DNA of 64,000 nt, from the NCBI GenBank assembly GCA_963708295.1, contig CAVPSJ010000007.1, forward strand, positions 32,001 to 96,000, in the 5' to 3' direction. This DNA is from an uncultured delta proteobacterium (GTDB taxonomy: Bacteria; Desulfobacterota; BSN033; UBA1163). Shown here piece after piece: positions 31,599-43,580 of the stretch (positions within the stretch are counted from its first letter, which is position 1; each line of letters begins with the position of its first letter). A program made the translations under genes and the position numbers. The notes under the pieces are model-generated. The model was not told the DNA's origin and searched no databases. It saw only the letters and a program-made list of their open reading frames with translations.

Positions 31599-31949
31599 TT
31601 ATTCCAAAGATTTAGCTAACTTGGTCAACATCTGACTAACACGTTCGTATTGGGGTAAAAGCTCTGAATATTTATTCTCAATAATATATTTTAGATCTTT
31701 CACCAATAGCAATTGATATTTCATTTCGCCCGTGGACCCTTTTGCAATACCAACGAATTGCCTATACTCTTTCCTATTTAAGCGGTGGCCTCCCTCCATA
31801 AGGTTCATTGGTATGGAATAAGCTGCTCTTCTCATTTGGGAAACGAGTCCAAATTTCTCTCCCCCGGGAAAGGATTTTGTCAGCTCGAAGATTTCAAGCG
31901 CCAATGAATGAGACAGTTTGAATACGTCTAATTCCTCTACAGTTTTCAT
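31599..31949 (-). CDS. Four-helix-bundle protein (23S rRNA IVS protein / Avd-like family)
   Basis: EELDVFK..FP..EKFGLVSQMRRAAYSIPMNLMEG..IAKGSTGE; 116 aa; SD GGAG. Confidence 0.93.
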   Translation of the reverse strand: MKTVEELDVFKLSHSLALEIFELTKSFPGGEKFGLVSQMRRAAYSIPMNLMEGGHRLNRKEYRQFVGIAKGSTGEMKYQLLLVKDLKYIIENKYSELLPQYERVSQMLTKLAKSLE

Positions 31950-31987
31950 GGTTAATCTCCTTTCGCGATCGGGAAAGTTGAGTTTTC

Positions 31988-32014
31988 CGGACACGGATCA
32001 CGGACACGGACACG
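31988..32014. repeat. Right arm of the perfect 27-bp inverted repeat
   Basis: cggacacggatcacggacacggacacg. Confidence 0.97.
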
Positions 32015-32017
32015 TTA

Positions 32018-33001
32018 TTATAATGGATAACTTCCAACCTTAAACCGAGATAAATTCTTCTCGTACCAGTCGATCGTCTCTCTCAATCCATCCTCCAGAG
32101 AATATCGGGGAGCCCATTTAAAAAGCTTCTGGGCCAAACGGGTATCACAGAGAAGCTGCATCACTTCACTTTTCTCCGGGCGAATCCTCCGATTCTCAAC
32201 TTCAATCTCTCCACCCTTCCCCACCTGACTAAGAATCTTCTTAACCAATTCTTTAATGGAAATGTCTCTTCCCGTGCCAATGTTCACCACTTTTCCAACC
32301 GCCTTGGAACATTTTGCCAATTCAATAAACCCTCTAACCGTATCTTTGACAAAGAGGAAATCCCTCCGGGGCTCAATATTGCCCAATCGAATCTTCTTCC
32401 CCTGAATGGCCTGGGAGATGATCGTGGGGATAACGGCCCGGAGGGATTGCCGGGGGCCAAACGTATTGAAGGGCCGAATCGTGGCAATGGGAAGACCAAA
32501 GGAAAGATTATAACTTTCAATTAACTTATCTGCTCGCAATCTTACTGGCTGCATACGGGGATTGGGCCTGAAGGGGATGTTTTTCATCAATGGGAATATA
32601 TTGGGCTGTTCCATACACTTCACTCGTGGAGGTATGGATGATTTTTTCTACACCTGTTCGTTCTCAAGGCAGGCATTGAGGAGGTGGGCAGTTCCAATGA
32701 CATTGGTCTGAACGAAATCAAAAGGGTGAACATAAGAATAAGGGATGGCAATGAGGGCGCCTAAATGGAAAATTTTCGTGCATCCCTTGACCGCCTTCTT
32801 GACCCCATCCGGGTCTTTGAGATCTCCGGGAATGATCTCAATCTGATTCTGAATTTCTCCAGGTAAGTCTTCTAAAAGACCCCTTTCATCCCTTGAATTA
32901 TATCGGACAAAAGCCCTTACCTCTTCCCCTTGTTTGACCAGCTCTTCCACCAGATGGCTTCCGATAAATCCCCCCGCACCGGTCACTAGAACCTTTCCCA
33001 T
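32018..33001 (-). CDS. NAD-dependent sugar 4,6-dehydratase/epimerase (LegB-like), frameshifted near 32550-32650
   Basis: VTGAGGFIGSHL, HLGALIAIPYSY, RPFNTFGPRQSLRAVIPTII, RIRPEKSEV. Confidence 0.88.
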
Positions 33002-33036
33002 AACAACCTCGTTCAATCCTCGTGTAGTGTCGTCGT

Positions 33037-33149
33037 ATTCAAATCCAAAAGTCAAAGGTCGAAAGCTAAACGAATGTCAAAAAGATTTAATGTCAAATCT
33101 TGACGATTTGACAAATTTCATTTGAACTTTGAGCTTTAAAATTTGACAT
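33037..33149. repeat. Inverted TCAAAT-type tandem-repeat element
   Basis: attcaaatccaaaagtcaaaggtcgaaagctaaa ... tttcatttgaactttgagctttaaaatttgacat; abuts the upstream stop at 33150. Confidence 0.85.
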
Positions 33150-33879
33150 TTAAGATTCATATAATAACTTTTTCCTCATCTCCTGGAACTTCTTTTGCGC
33201 CTCCTCATAATCCTCATGCCGGCCGATATCGAGCCAAAAGTCACTCGAAGGATAGCAGACTACTTTTTCCCTTTGCTTGATGAGTTTCTGGATCAATTCG
33301 GGAAAATCCAGGTATTTCTCGGAGGGAATCCATTTCAAAACTTCTCTCTCAAACACGTAGATCCCCATGCTCACAGAGTAGGACAGCGTTGGTTTTTCAA
33401 TATATCGAGTCAGTTGATGGGCACGATTAAATTCCATGACTCCCAATTCCAGATGGGACTTTCTTCTGAGTCATCGCAATGGTGACCATGCCTTGATGCC
33501 GGCGATGATAGCTGATCAACTTTTGATAATTGAGAGTGGTCAGGATATCTCCATTCATCACCAGAAAGGTCTCTGGAAGATTTGGGATGATGGAAAGAGG
33601 ACCAGCCGTTCCAAGAGCTTTCTCTTCTTTCGAATAACGAATGTCGACCCCATATTGGTCTCCATTTCTAAAATAAGCCGAGAGGAGCGGCTCTGATTGT
33701 TGACTCACGGTGAAGACGATCTCTTTAATCCGAAAATGGGCTAACTGCCTGACGATGATTTCAAGAATGGGCATTCCGTCAATAGGCATCAGAGGTTTAG
33801 GAAAGACGGTGGTATAGGGAGCAAGTCTTGTCCCTTTCCCCCCAGCCAGGATGATTGCTTTCATTTTTTCTCCCATCAC
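33150..33879 (-). CDS. Sugar-phosphate nucleotidyltransferase, frameshifted near 33440
   Basis: ILAGGKGTRLAPYT..PKPL, LGTAGPL, VMNGDIL, EKP, WLDIGR. Confidence 0.88.
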
Positions 33880-33901
33880 CCTTGTATCACGTCGCCCTTC
33901 A

Positions 33902-33922
33902 TCCCCCTTTTCTAAAGGGGGA
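33902..33922. repeat. REP-like palindrome
   Basis: tcccccttt-tct-aaaggggga. Confidence 0.55.
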
Positions 33923-33932
33923 ACCAGAGGGA

Positions 33933-35090
33933 TTACGTATAATCTGCCAAAAATCTCTCCACAGAAGTCTCAATATCGAATAATTGCTTCAATTCCTCCC
34001 TTCTGGCTTCATTCCTTTCTTCATTCTCGTTATCCTTAAGATCAGCTTTCTTCTTCATGACCTCCTTCAAGGCCCTGACGTTTTCCGGAGGAATCACCCG
34101 GGCGACTCCATATTGGCGACCGAGCATCCCCATATCACCCACATCGGTAACGATCAGTTCTTTATCAAACCTTAATGCTTCTGAAAATACCAGAGGGATC
34201 GACTCAGAACGGGAAGGAATCACCACGCAATCGGATGATTCATAGAGGGAAGCCAATGTCCTGGTCCGATACATTTCCCATCCACGAAACATATCCCCCC
34301 AGATCTCTCTCTTTAATAAAACTCTTTGCCCATTCCTCCATCCCTCCCCTGCCCACCACTGTGAGATGAACATTCAATGCTTCCTCCTTCAGTCATGCCA
34401 TGGATTCAAGCAGGAGATCGATCCCTTTCACCTTTTCAATCCTCCCCACAAATAGAAAACGGTAAGGTTTGCTCGTTATTCCCTCCAGCCTTTCCTTTAA
34501 TGACAACGACGGGGGACCATTGGATCGTTCGTGTGGTGGCCAAAAAAAAACACTTTCTTCCAAACCGTTCTTCCACCCTTTTCGAAAGATCAAAACCGTC
34601 AGCAAAAACACCTCTGGCCTCCTGAATGATTCTCCTCATCATCGGATAGAGAAAGGGATTTTTCCCGTATCGATAAATATCTGAACCGAGGGACCAAACA
34701 GAATAAGGAATCTTCGTTTGCCGGAAGGCCTGATTTGCAAAATAGCCACTCGGAAGAACCCAGAGGGCAAGGCATACTTCTATCTTATTCTCTCTTATAA
34801 AAGCGGGGAGTGCCTTTTTCCCTCTATAAAACAGATTCACAATTCGAAAAAAATCCAAAGGCTTAAAGGGATTGAGCTGGACAAGGGGCTTATCTCGATT
34901 TGATCCAGGGAAACCAGTTGATTTTTACACCCTCCAAGAATTCCTCCTTCTCTCCTTGGCGATCTTGCGTAAAGACGAAGATGTGATGCCTCCTTTTCTT
35001 TAGCTCCCTAATAAAATCGACAAGAAAAGGGACCTGAACAGTATCATCAGGACGGGATGGAAAGGAAGAGGTAATGATACAGATGTTCAT
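33933..35090 (-). CDS. GT4 glycosyltransferase, split by indels
   Basis: MNICIITSSFP, GSDI, FVGRIEKVKGIDLL, PSRSESIPLVFSEAL, TDVG. Confidence 0.82.
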
Positions 35091-35163
35091 CGGTGAACCA
35101 ATGTCAATGACTCGGTCCAAGTGCTCAGTGACCCTGAGCGGTTACCGCATAAACGTTGCGCAG

Positions 35164-35262
35164 AATGGTCAAATGTCAAACTCAAAGCTCAATGACCCCG
35201 GGGACAAAAGAATAACTTTTTGACATTTGATCATTTGGCATTAATTTGACATTTGGATTTTC
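35164..35262. repeat. Inverted TCAAAT-type tandem-repeat element
   Basis: aatggtcaaatgtcaaactcaaagctcaatga ... tttgacatttgatcatttggcattaatttgacatttggatttt. Confidence 0.82.
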
Positions 35263-35270
35263 GTACGACT

Positions 35271-36218
35271 CTATTTCAGCTCTTTATTATATTCCATATC
35301 GAACCACATGGCGAAGAAAAGAGATTGAAGACCTGATATGGCAAAGAAAGCAGCAAAGAGAGCGCTGGTCGCTGCCACCGTGCCGACGAAAAGCCTGAAA
35401 ACCATAAGATAACATCCAAAAATAACCCCAATAGGCGTAAGGATAAAACCGAGAAGATAGAAAAGGACCAGCGGATGGAAGTCCCGGATCACATATTTTT
35501 CCTTGAGTCTCCATAAAAAGAGTTTTAAGAGCAGGAACGAAAGGGTGAAAACCACTCTATAAATTTTCATCCCTGAACGTTCTCCGATACCGTAAATAGG
35601 ATTGACAGGCACATCCCTGACCCTGAATTGATAAACATTTAATCTCACCAAAAAGTCGTTTGGCATTCCATAACGTTTGTAAATGCTATCCAGATCAATG
35701 GTTTTAAGCACCTCCAAGTTGACGGCTCCATAGCCTGATTGGGAATCCGCGACATGCCAATATCCGGAGGCGATCTTCGTCAGAAAAGACAGGACGGCAT
35801 TTCCCAGATAACGTGTTTTGGGAATGACGTTCCACGCCTTGCCGGTGAAAAGGCGATTCCCTTTGGAATAATCCACACGCCCTTCGACAATAGGGTCCAA
35901 CAATCTGGGAAGGTCTTCCGGGTCCATCTGCGCGTCACCTGCCATGACCACACTGACGAAGATTTCATTGTCTCGAGCCCATTTATATCCGGTGACGATG
36001 GCCCCCCCGACTCCCTGGTTTTTTGGATGACGCAAATAGACGATCCGAGAATCCTCCTCCTGATGGGCTTTCACGACATCGCCTGTCCGATCACTGCTGG
36101 CATCATCCACCACGACGATGCGGTCAATGAAGCTCGGGATCGTTTCAAGAACCTTCCCTATCAATTTTTCCTCGTTGTAGGCAGGAACGATAACAGCAAC
36201 GACTTTATCCCGGTACAT
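35271..36218 (-). CDS. GT2 (DPM1-like polyprenol-phosphate) glycosyltransferase with two C-terminal TMs
   Basis: VPAYNEE, VVDDASSD, NQGVGGA, MAGDAQMDP, KGNR, DSQSGY. Confidence 0.9.
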   Translation of the reverse strand: MYRDKVVAVIVPAYNEEKLIGKVLETIPSFIDRIVVVDDASSDRTGDVVKAHQEEDSRIVYLRHPKNQGVGGAIVTGYKWARDNEIFVSVVMAGDAQMDPEDLPRLLDPIVEGRVDYSKGNRLFTGKAWNVIPKTRYLGNAVLSFLTKIASGYWHVADSQSGYGAVNLEVLKTIDLDSIYKRYGMPNDFLVRLNVYQFRVRDVPVNPIYGIGERSGMKIYRVVFTLSFLLLKLFLWRLKEKYVIRDFHPLVLFYLLGFILTPIGVIFGCYLMVFRLFVGTVAATSALFAAFFAISGLQSLFFAMWFDMEYNKELK

Positions 36219-36433
36219 AAAACGATAACTCCAGAATCATTGAACAAAGAACTTTAGGTCTTATGTGACATATGTGGTTGAAATAACACACAGATGAGAG
36301 GGTGTCAATTGAATTTAAGGAGCTGGAATGATTAAACGGGAGACGATTAAGGTTTAGTGATCATCTCTGAGGAACGCTTCAAATTGCGTTTCTACGGCTT
36401 CTCGAAAGTTAATACTAAATCAACACTTTCCCT

Positions 36434-36649
36434 TTATTCAATCACGGCAATGGTGGACTCCGCCTCCACCTCCTGCCCGGCAGAGACACGCACCTCCTTC
36501 ACCACTCCACTGACTGGAGCGACCAGAGGCATTTCCATCTTCATTGCTTCCAATACTGCCACCTGATCATCTTCTTTCACCCTATCTCCTACCTTTACTG
36601 AAACCGAAATAATCTTACCCACCATCGGTACTGTCACGGGTGTTGCCAT
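36434..36649 (-). CDS. Stand-alone biotin carboxyl carrier domain protein
   Basis: EAMKM motif; 71 aa; SD GGAGG. Confidence 0.92.
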   Translation of the reverse strand: MATPVTVPMVGKIISVSVKVGDRVKEDDQVAVLEAMKMEMPLVAPVSGVVKEVRVSAGQEVEAESTIAVIE

Positions 36650-36778
36650 AGATGCCTCCCCTTCTTGGTGATTCGTCATGGTGATTGGTGATTCGCCACC
36701 GCCATTCACGAACACGATAGAATTAGACCCGAATCATCCCCCATTTGTCAAGAAATTTTTGAGGGTCGCAAAAAATAA

Positions 36779-36807
36779 TTGACATCAAGAGTAGATTATA
36801 ATAATCT
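36779..36807 (+). promoter_or_regulatory. Putative sigma70 promoter for hbd-thiolase
   Basis: TTGACA-N17-TAATCT. Confidence 0.5.
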
Positions 36808-36863
36808 ATGTGAAAAATTTAACTAAACCTTTTTTGTTAATTCAAACTAGAGCAGGAGGGCAT

Positions 36864-37720
36864 ATGAACATTAAAGTGATTGGGGTCTTGGGAGCAGGGA
36901 CGATGGGAAATGGGATTGCTCAAGTGGCAGCCCAGGCAGGGTATCAGGTGATCATGAGGGATATTGAAGACCGTTTCGTTCAAAACGGTCTCAAGGCGAT
37001 CGACAAATTTCTGACCAAGAGCGTTGAGAAAGGAAAGATTAAAGAAGACGAAAAGAAGGGAATTATTGGCCGAATTAAGGGAACCGTACGGATGGAGGAC
37101 CTCAAGGATGCGGATTTGGTCATCGAAGCTGTCTTCGAAGACCTGGAGTTGAAGAAGAAGCCTCTTCAAGCAACTGGATGAATTGACGCGACCTGAAGTC
37201 ATTCTCACAACCAACACCTCTTCCATGTCGATCACGGAAGTCGCCATGGCAACCAAGCGGCCCGAAAAAGTGGCGGGGATGCATTTCTTCAATCCGGCGC
37301 CCCTCATGAAACTCGTCGAGGTGATCCGCGGAATTCATTCGAATGATGATACCATCTCGACGGTCATGGACCTGGCTCGCAAGATGGGAAAGGAACCGGT
37401 TGAGGTGAAGAAAGATACACCCGGGTTCATCGTCAACCGCCTGATGATGCCCCACTTTGTGGAAGCGATCAGGATGCTGGAAGAAGGAGTGGCCAGCGTC
37501 GAGGACATCGATAAAGCGGTCAAATTGGGGCTCAATTATCCCATGGGTCCCTTCGAATTGATGGATCTGACCGGAGTCGACATCGGGCTCCATGTCACAG
37601 AATATCTCTATAAAGAACTGAACAAAGAGAGCAAGTGGTCTGTCCCCGTCCTTCACGAAGTCAATGGTTCGGGCAGGAAAACTGGGAAGAAAAACCAAGG
37701 AGGGTTGGTACAAGTATTAA
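36864..37720 (+). CDS. hbd: 3-hydroxybutyryl-CoA dehydrogenase, frameshifted near 37160 and 37660
   Basis: GAGTMGNGIAQ, IEAVFE, TNTSS, GMHFFNP, PGFIVNR, PMGPFELMD. Confidence 0.9.
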
Positions 37721-37820
37721 ATATCGTGATTCGTGTTAGTGACTCGTGATTCGTTGCGGTCTTTTGGCCGAATAAGAACCTCGAAATCCACAATTCACGA
37801 TTCACCGGTGCGATTCACTT
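37721..37820. repeat. Inverted CGTGATT/ATTCACG-type 7-mer element directly after the hbd stop
   Basis: atcgtgattcgtgttagtgactcgtgattcg ... cacaattcacgattcaccggtgcgattcac. Confidence 0.65.
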
Positions 37821-37854
37821 CCTGACACTATTCACTTAAAAAGGAGGAATTGTT

Positions 37855-39058
37855 ATGAGTCAATTCAGTAAGGCATTCATCCCGTTTAAAGGTTATTACT
37901 CTTCACCGTTTTGTCGCTGGCAGGGAAGCCTCGCCAATGAAAATGCCATTATTCTCGGAGCGAAGACAGCCAATCGGTGGTTCAAGCAAAGGAAGATCGA
38001 TCCCACGGTGATCGACTATCTCTACTTCGGAATTACCATTGCCCAGCATTGGCTCTTTTATAGCCATACCTGGTCGGCGGCCATGCTGGTAGACGGCGCG
38101 AAAGACATTCCGGCTCTGATGATCCATCAAGCCTGCACGACTTCTACCACCGGGATCTTTCTGGCCGCCCAGAATGTTGAACTTGGGAGCCTATCAGACC
38201 GGATATGGTCTGATGGCAGACCGCTGTTCAAACGGGCCTCACACGGTCTGGCCCAACCCGATGGGTCCGGGCGGTGAAGTGGAATCTGAAAACTGGATGA
38301 TGGACAATTTCAATAGAGATCCATGGGCAGGTTTCAAAATGATACAGACCGCTGAAAATGTGGCCAAGACCATCGGGGTCACGAAGGAAGAATGCGATGC
38401 GGTCACCTTAAGGAGATATCAGCAATATTCGGACTCTCTGGCCAACGATCGGGCATTTCAGAAAAAGTACATGTTTCCTTGCGAGATCAAAATGGGCAAA
38501 AAAGGGACGAAACTGATCGAAGAAGATGAGGGGGTGACACCGACCACAGCGGAAGGCCTTGCAAAACTTGGCTCTGTCGAGCCCGGGGGCGTTCACAGTT
38601 TCGGGGCGCAGACACATCCTGCGGATGGAAACTGCGGGTTCATCGTTACCACCCGGGAAAAAGCCAAAGAACTGAGCGCCGATCCCAAGGTCGAGGTTAA
38701 AATCCTCTCCTACGGCTTTGCCAGGGCGAAGAAGGGTTTTATGGCGGCCGCTCCGGTTCCCGCGGCGGAAATGGCCCTTCGCAACGCAGGAATCACCGTC
38801 AAGGATCTTAAAGCGGCAAAGACCCACAGCCCCTTTGTTGTCAACGATATCTACATGAGTCGCATGATGGGAATCGATGTCAACTGGATGAACAATTATG
38901 GAAATTCTATGGTCTACGGTCACCCCCAGGCGCCCACGGCCGGAAGGCTGATTATTGAATTGATCGAAGAGCTGGCTATGCTCGGCGGAGGTTATGGCCT
39001 GTGGGCTGGCTGCGCTGCGGGCGACACGGGAGCAGCAATGGTGTTCAAGGTAGGATAA
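37855..39058 (+). CDS. Thiolase family protein, frameshifted near 38190
   Basis: QACTTS (active Cys), HPADG, KTHSPF, YGHPQAPT, GCAAGDTG. Confidence 0.88.
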
Positions 39059-39286
39059 GTCTTGTTTTCCTTTTCGGTCAGAGCCCCGCCCTCGGGATGG
39101 GGCTCTGACCGCATGAATTCCTCCCAAGCAGACATCTTCCGCCCCCCCCTTTCCTTCCATTTATCGACCAGGATCCCTGCAAGGTCTCTTGTTTGACAAA
39201 TTCTTAGAAATAAATCATCATATACCTGTATCTTGACGGTGTGGTTCAGAGGACATTTATTCCAAGAAGACATGAAAGGAGTCCCC

Positions 39287-40882
39287 ATGAAATTTAAAGT
39301 CATATTGCCATGGCTGCTTCTCGCCTTCATTCTTATCCTTCCTTCTGCCTTCTATCACTCAAACCAGAGATCCTAACAAGGTCTATAAGGTAGCCATCCT
39401 CCCTTTTATGATTCACAGCCAGGAAAATCTGGATTATCTCCGGGAAGGGATCAATGACATCCTCACCTCCCGAATTACCGTCGAAGAGCGGGTCGTGGTC
39501 ATCGAACGATCGATTGTGGAACGGGCTCTCTATGAGGAGAAACCGATGCGTCTTGACGAAGCCGCAGCCGCCAAGATCGGGATGAGAATCGGAGCCGATT
39601 ATGTCGTCTTCGGAAGCATCACGAAGATCGGCGATTATATCAGCCTGGATGCCCGCCTGATCAGCGTCGCCGAGGAAAAACCGCCCGTAACCGTCTACAC
39701 CCAGCAGAAAGGGATCGATGACGTGATGGTGAAGATCGGCGACTTCGCACAGGACATCGGATATAAAATCCTGGGACGCCGCACCACGGCCGGCCGCCCG
39801 GGTGAACCCCAAACGTCCATCGAGAGGGGGAATAGAGAGGTTCGAGCGCGCGAGCGTCGATTATAAGAAAAGCCAGACCTTCAGGTTTCAAATCAAAGGC
39901 CTCGATATCGGAGATGTGGATGGAGATAAAAAAAACGAATTAGTCGTCATGGATAGTAACAACCTCTACGTCTTTAAATACGATGGGCAGAAAATGAGCA
40001 CTCTTTAAGAAGGTTGAGGCGGGAAATGAAAACAATTTCCTGACCCTCGATGTCGCCGATCTAAACCGGAACGGACACGCTGAAATTATCGTTACTTCCG
40101 TCGTCGAAGATGACGTCCGGTCCTTCATCCTCGAATATGAAGAGGGCAAATTTAAGAAGATCACTGAAAAGTCAAATTGGTACTTCCGGGTATGGGCGTC
40201 TTTCAAGGAAGGGCCGATCTTGGTGGGTCAGCGAAGAGGCTCAGACGGATTGCCTGTTGATCCGGTCTACAGGATGGTCTGGAAAAAGAAATCCTTCGAA
40301 AAAGGGCCTAAAATGGACTTGCCGAAGGGGACGAATATCTTTGGTGCTGCCATGGCCAACATCCGTGGAAACGGAAAATCTGAGGTCATCGCCCTCGATA
40401 GATTTGACCGTTTGAACATCCTTTCAGAAGCCGGAAAGACCCTGTGGAACAGCTCAGACCGATTCGGAGGAACGAACAATTTCTACGAAACAAAGAAAAA
40501 ATGGTATTATGATTATCATGAAAAATATCCGTGGAGGGTTTACATCCCCGGAAGAGTCCTCATCAAAGACCTGGAAGGAGACGGAATTCCTCAGGTCATT
40601 GTCAACAAGAACGAAGCGACGACCTACCTTTTCGAAAGGGCAAGAAGTTACGAAAGCGGGGAGATTCAATGCCTGATCTGGGATCAACCCGATCTGGAAA
40701 CCAGCTGGAAGACCCGGTCGTTCAAAGGCTACATTCCAGATTTTCAAGTGAAGGATGTGGACAATGATGGGAATGAAGAATTGGTCTTCGCTGTCGTTGG
40801 TCCTGATGAGACCGGGGAAGGGGTTACAGGAGTTCTTTCCGACAAGAAGATAAGCAACATTTATTTCTTCAAGCTCTTTTGA
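39287..40882 (+). CDS. Exported FG-GAP/VCBS beta-propeller protein with N-terminal TolB_N/CsgG-like domain, split by indels
   Basis: Signal peptide, ADYVVFGSITKIG, DVDGDKKNELV, DLEGDGIPQVIV, DVDNDGNEELV; SD AAAGGAG. Confidence 0.75.
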
Positions 40883-41120
40883 ACCCTACGCCCATGGGCG
40901 CGGTGCTTCTTCCAGTTCGATGGACCTCAGGGAGCGGGCCGCTTAAATCCCAAGAGGCACAAGCAAGGGGATGCCCTACCCTATGTGACAAAGATCCGGC
41001 CTGACGCCCCCCCCAGGAAGCTCCGAATAGCCGTTAGGGCAGACGACCAAGACCTGTACTTTGTCTTCCCACGCACTTTATCTCCTACGTATTTTGCTTC
41101 AAAAATCTCTTTACTCGATT

Positions 41121-41231
41121 GTCATTCCGTATTTGACCAAGCCTGCCCTGCACTTGATACAGGGGAATCCAGTATTTCTGAACTGGATTCCCGCCGGAGT
41201 TTGCCCCGATGGAAATCGGGGCGGAAATGAC
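41121..41231. repeat. Composite palindromic element (gtcattcc...ggaaatgac, dRS3/REP-like)
   Basis: Terminal gtcattcc/ggaaatgac, internal gggaatccagt...actggattccc and gccccgat...atcggggc. Confidence 0.7.
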
Positions 41232-41486
41232 CGCTTCGGAACCAATGCAAAGTAGCATTGGACGCACGACACTGGCCGGATAAAAACTAACCGTGGGCAA
41301 GCTCAAAAACAGACTTCTTCTAAGCCCCTCTCCCCTTGCTTAACTCCTGAGTTTGTTCTTCGTCGTTGATGAAAATTCAAGCCGATTTGGAGCAAGGCAG
41401 GCCATGCACTTTTCAAGTTCAAATCCGCAAAAACCTTTGCACTTTTGAATTTTAGGGGCAAGCCCAAAAAAAATGCAAAAAAATGC

Positions 41487-41515
41487 TTGACAAGTTTTTT
41501 TAGGAGTGGTATACG
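41487..41515 (+). promoter_or_regulatory. Putative sigma70 promoter for the porin
   Basis: TTGACA-N17-TATACG with TG extension and an A-tract upstream. Confidence 0.6.
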
Positions 41516-41679
41516 ATTAAAAAATTCTAATTCCCTTGTGTTTTTTTTTCACAATCCATCCAGAAAGGAGGTGAGGATTTAGGGGGTATAGTGGTAGTGA
41601 ATTCTGTTAGTGGTTAAGGCATCACGAGCACGATTCACCCATCACGAATTTAATTATAGACTAAAGAGGAGGAAAAGAG

Positions 41680-43255
41680 ATGAAAAAATTCACTGTTCTA
41701 TGTTTAGCTGGGCTTCTGGTCTTGGCCTTTGGCGCAGCAGCATCAGCCCAGGAAGTGAAATTGGATTTCAGGGCATCCGGGAGTATTGACGCTCAAACGC
41801 ACTTGAGTCAGAACGTCCCTCCGTTAAATGCCAATGCAACGCCTATCTACAACTCCCTTCCTGCTGACTACAATTTTTCAGCGGCAGGCAACCACGGGGC
41901 GGTGCTAATAAACCGAACGGTCTCTTACTGGGATTCCCGTATGAGCCTCAGATTCGAAGCGAACATGGGAAAGGAGTTATCCGGAGTTCTCCAGTTCGAG
42001 ATAGACTCAACCCGGTGGGGCAATTCCTCGGGAGGTGTTCGCCCGGGGAGTGAGGCACATGCAGTGGGTGCCTGGTCCACGGACAAAGTAGGGATTGAAG
42101 TCAAGTATATGTACTTTGACGTCGGGCTCCCTTATATCGGAATTCCCGGTGCCCATGAATGTTAGGCTGGGCGCCCAGCCCATGGCAATCCGGCCGTGGT
42201 TTTTTGCCGCAACGGACGGAATGGGGGTATCCGGCAGCCTGAAGATCGATCCGGTTAACATCAACCCGTTCTACTTCAAGCCCGCTGAAGGGATTGACTG
42301 GACAAACGACGATGTGGATATCTACGGCCTCCAGGTAAATGCAAAAATCTCGAACGTTCACCCTTGGCGGTTACGGCGCCTATTACAACATGAACCAGTA
42401 CCCGTTGGCGAGACAGGCCTTCGCCGCAGCGGCGCCTCGCTATATGTTGCCACCAACACCGCGCGAAGCCAATCTCTATTGGTTCGGGCTTTATGCAGAT
42501 GGCAAGGCAGGCCCTGTCGACATCAACTTTGATTTCGGTTACGACGTTGGTAAAGTCAGGGCTAGGCAAGATAATCCGGCCGACCATGTCCATTATTCGG
42601 GCTGGGCAACACGGGTCAAAGTTGATTACCCGTGGGAAAGATTCAACTTCGGAGTAACTGGAATGTATGCCAGCGGTTCCGACGCCGATAAGACCAGCAC
42701 AACCGGCCTTCCCGGAACCACCGTAGCAGACGGCTTATCCACCAATCCAACCACAAGAGTCAACGGCTGGATGGTCCCGGTCGGTTCGGAAGCCGGAGCA
42801 GCGAATGGTGAGTCAGCGGTCTATCTACGGTATGGAAGCCGGCGCTTCCGGAGGCCAGGGGTTTGCGGTAAACCACAATATCGCCCAGGCCTCGAAGGGC
42901 CCATTTGGCGGATACGTGGTTTGCCAAGCTTTACGGCAGCTACAAGGTTACCCCCTGGTACAAGGTCACGCTCCAGGGACTCTACATCGGCGATACCGCG
43001 AAGAACGGGAACACCTTTGGCACTGCCAGGAAGTATTGGTCATCCGGCGCCGTCCTTTGCGGGATGACAAGTTCATCGGTGTCGAGTTAGATCTGCTCAA
43101 CGAATTTCAGATCTACAAGAATCTCACATTCAAGGTGTTCGGCGGCTACCTCTGGGCAGGAAATGCCCTGGATCTTTTTGCTGGTGGCACCACCGGCAAC
43201 TTTGCGGATGCATAACCCCTGGGCCGTCAGAACAAGGCTCCTTTACACCTTCTAA
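41680..43255 (+). CDS. Outer-membrane beta-barrel porin (deltaproteobacterial type), split by indels
   Basis: Signal peptide ending ASA-Q, LQFEIDSTRWG, amphipathic beta strands, IGVELDL, C-terminal RLLYTF; SD GAGGAGG. Confidence 0.8.
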
Positions 43256-43272
43256 CCGAAGGCCAGCAAAAA

Positions 43273-43302
43273 GGGCGGTCTGAAGAGACCGCCCTTTTTT
43301 TT
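43273..43302 (+). terminator. Rho-independent terminator
   Basis: gggcggtct-gaag-agaccgccc followed by T8. Confidence 0.9.
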
Positions 43303-43580
43303 GTTTTCGCGTTTACCCCGTGGAGTGAACTCCACAAAACTTTCTCGTATATAGAATTTCCAGAATCTCCCGATTCGTAACCAACAAGCCCGGGTACTTA
43401 ACCTATACTCCACGGGGCGGAGTGAACCCTCTATCCGACCTGACCTTCGAAAGACCCTCTATTATTAATGTCTCCCACTCGTCTTGACATCCCCGTCAAA
43501 ATTTGTGATATAGGACTAAACTTCAACTTCTTTTCCGATTCCTGTAGGGAGGGAAGGATGAGGGAAAGCAAGGAGCGTTT

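Noticed and set aside
31563-32014. Diversity-generating retroelement or classical IS
   Set aside because: The protein is Avd-related, but the window shows no reverse transcriptase, TR/VR pair, transposase or target-site duplication
40885-41070. SRP or other ncRNA after the FG-GAP gene
   Set aside because: Only short GC-rich hairpins; the SRP domain IV motif is absent
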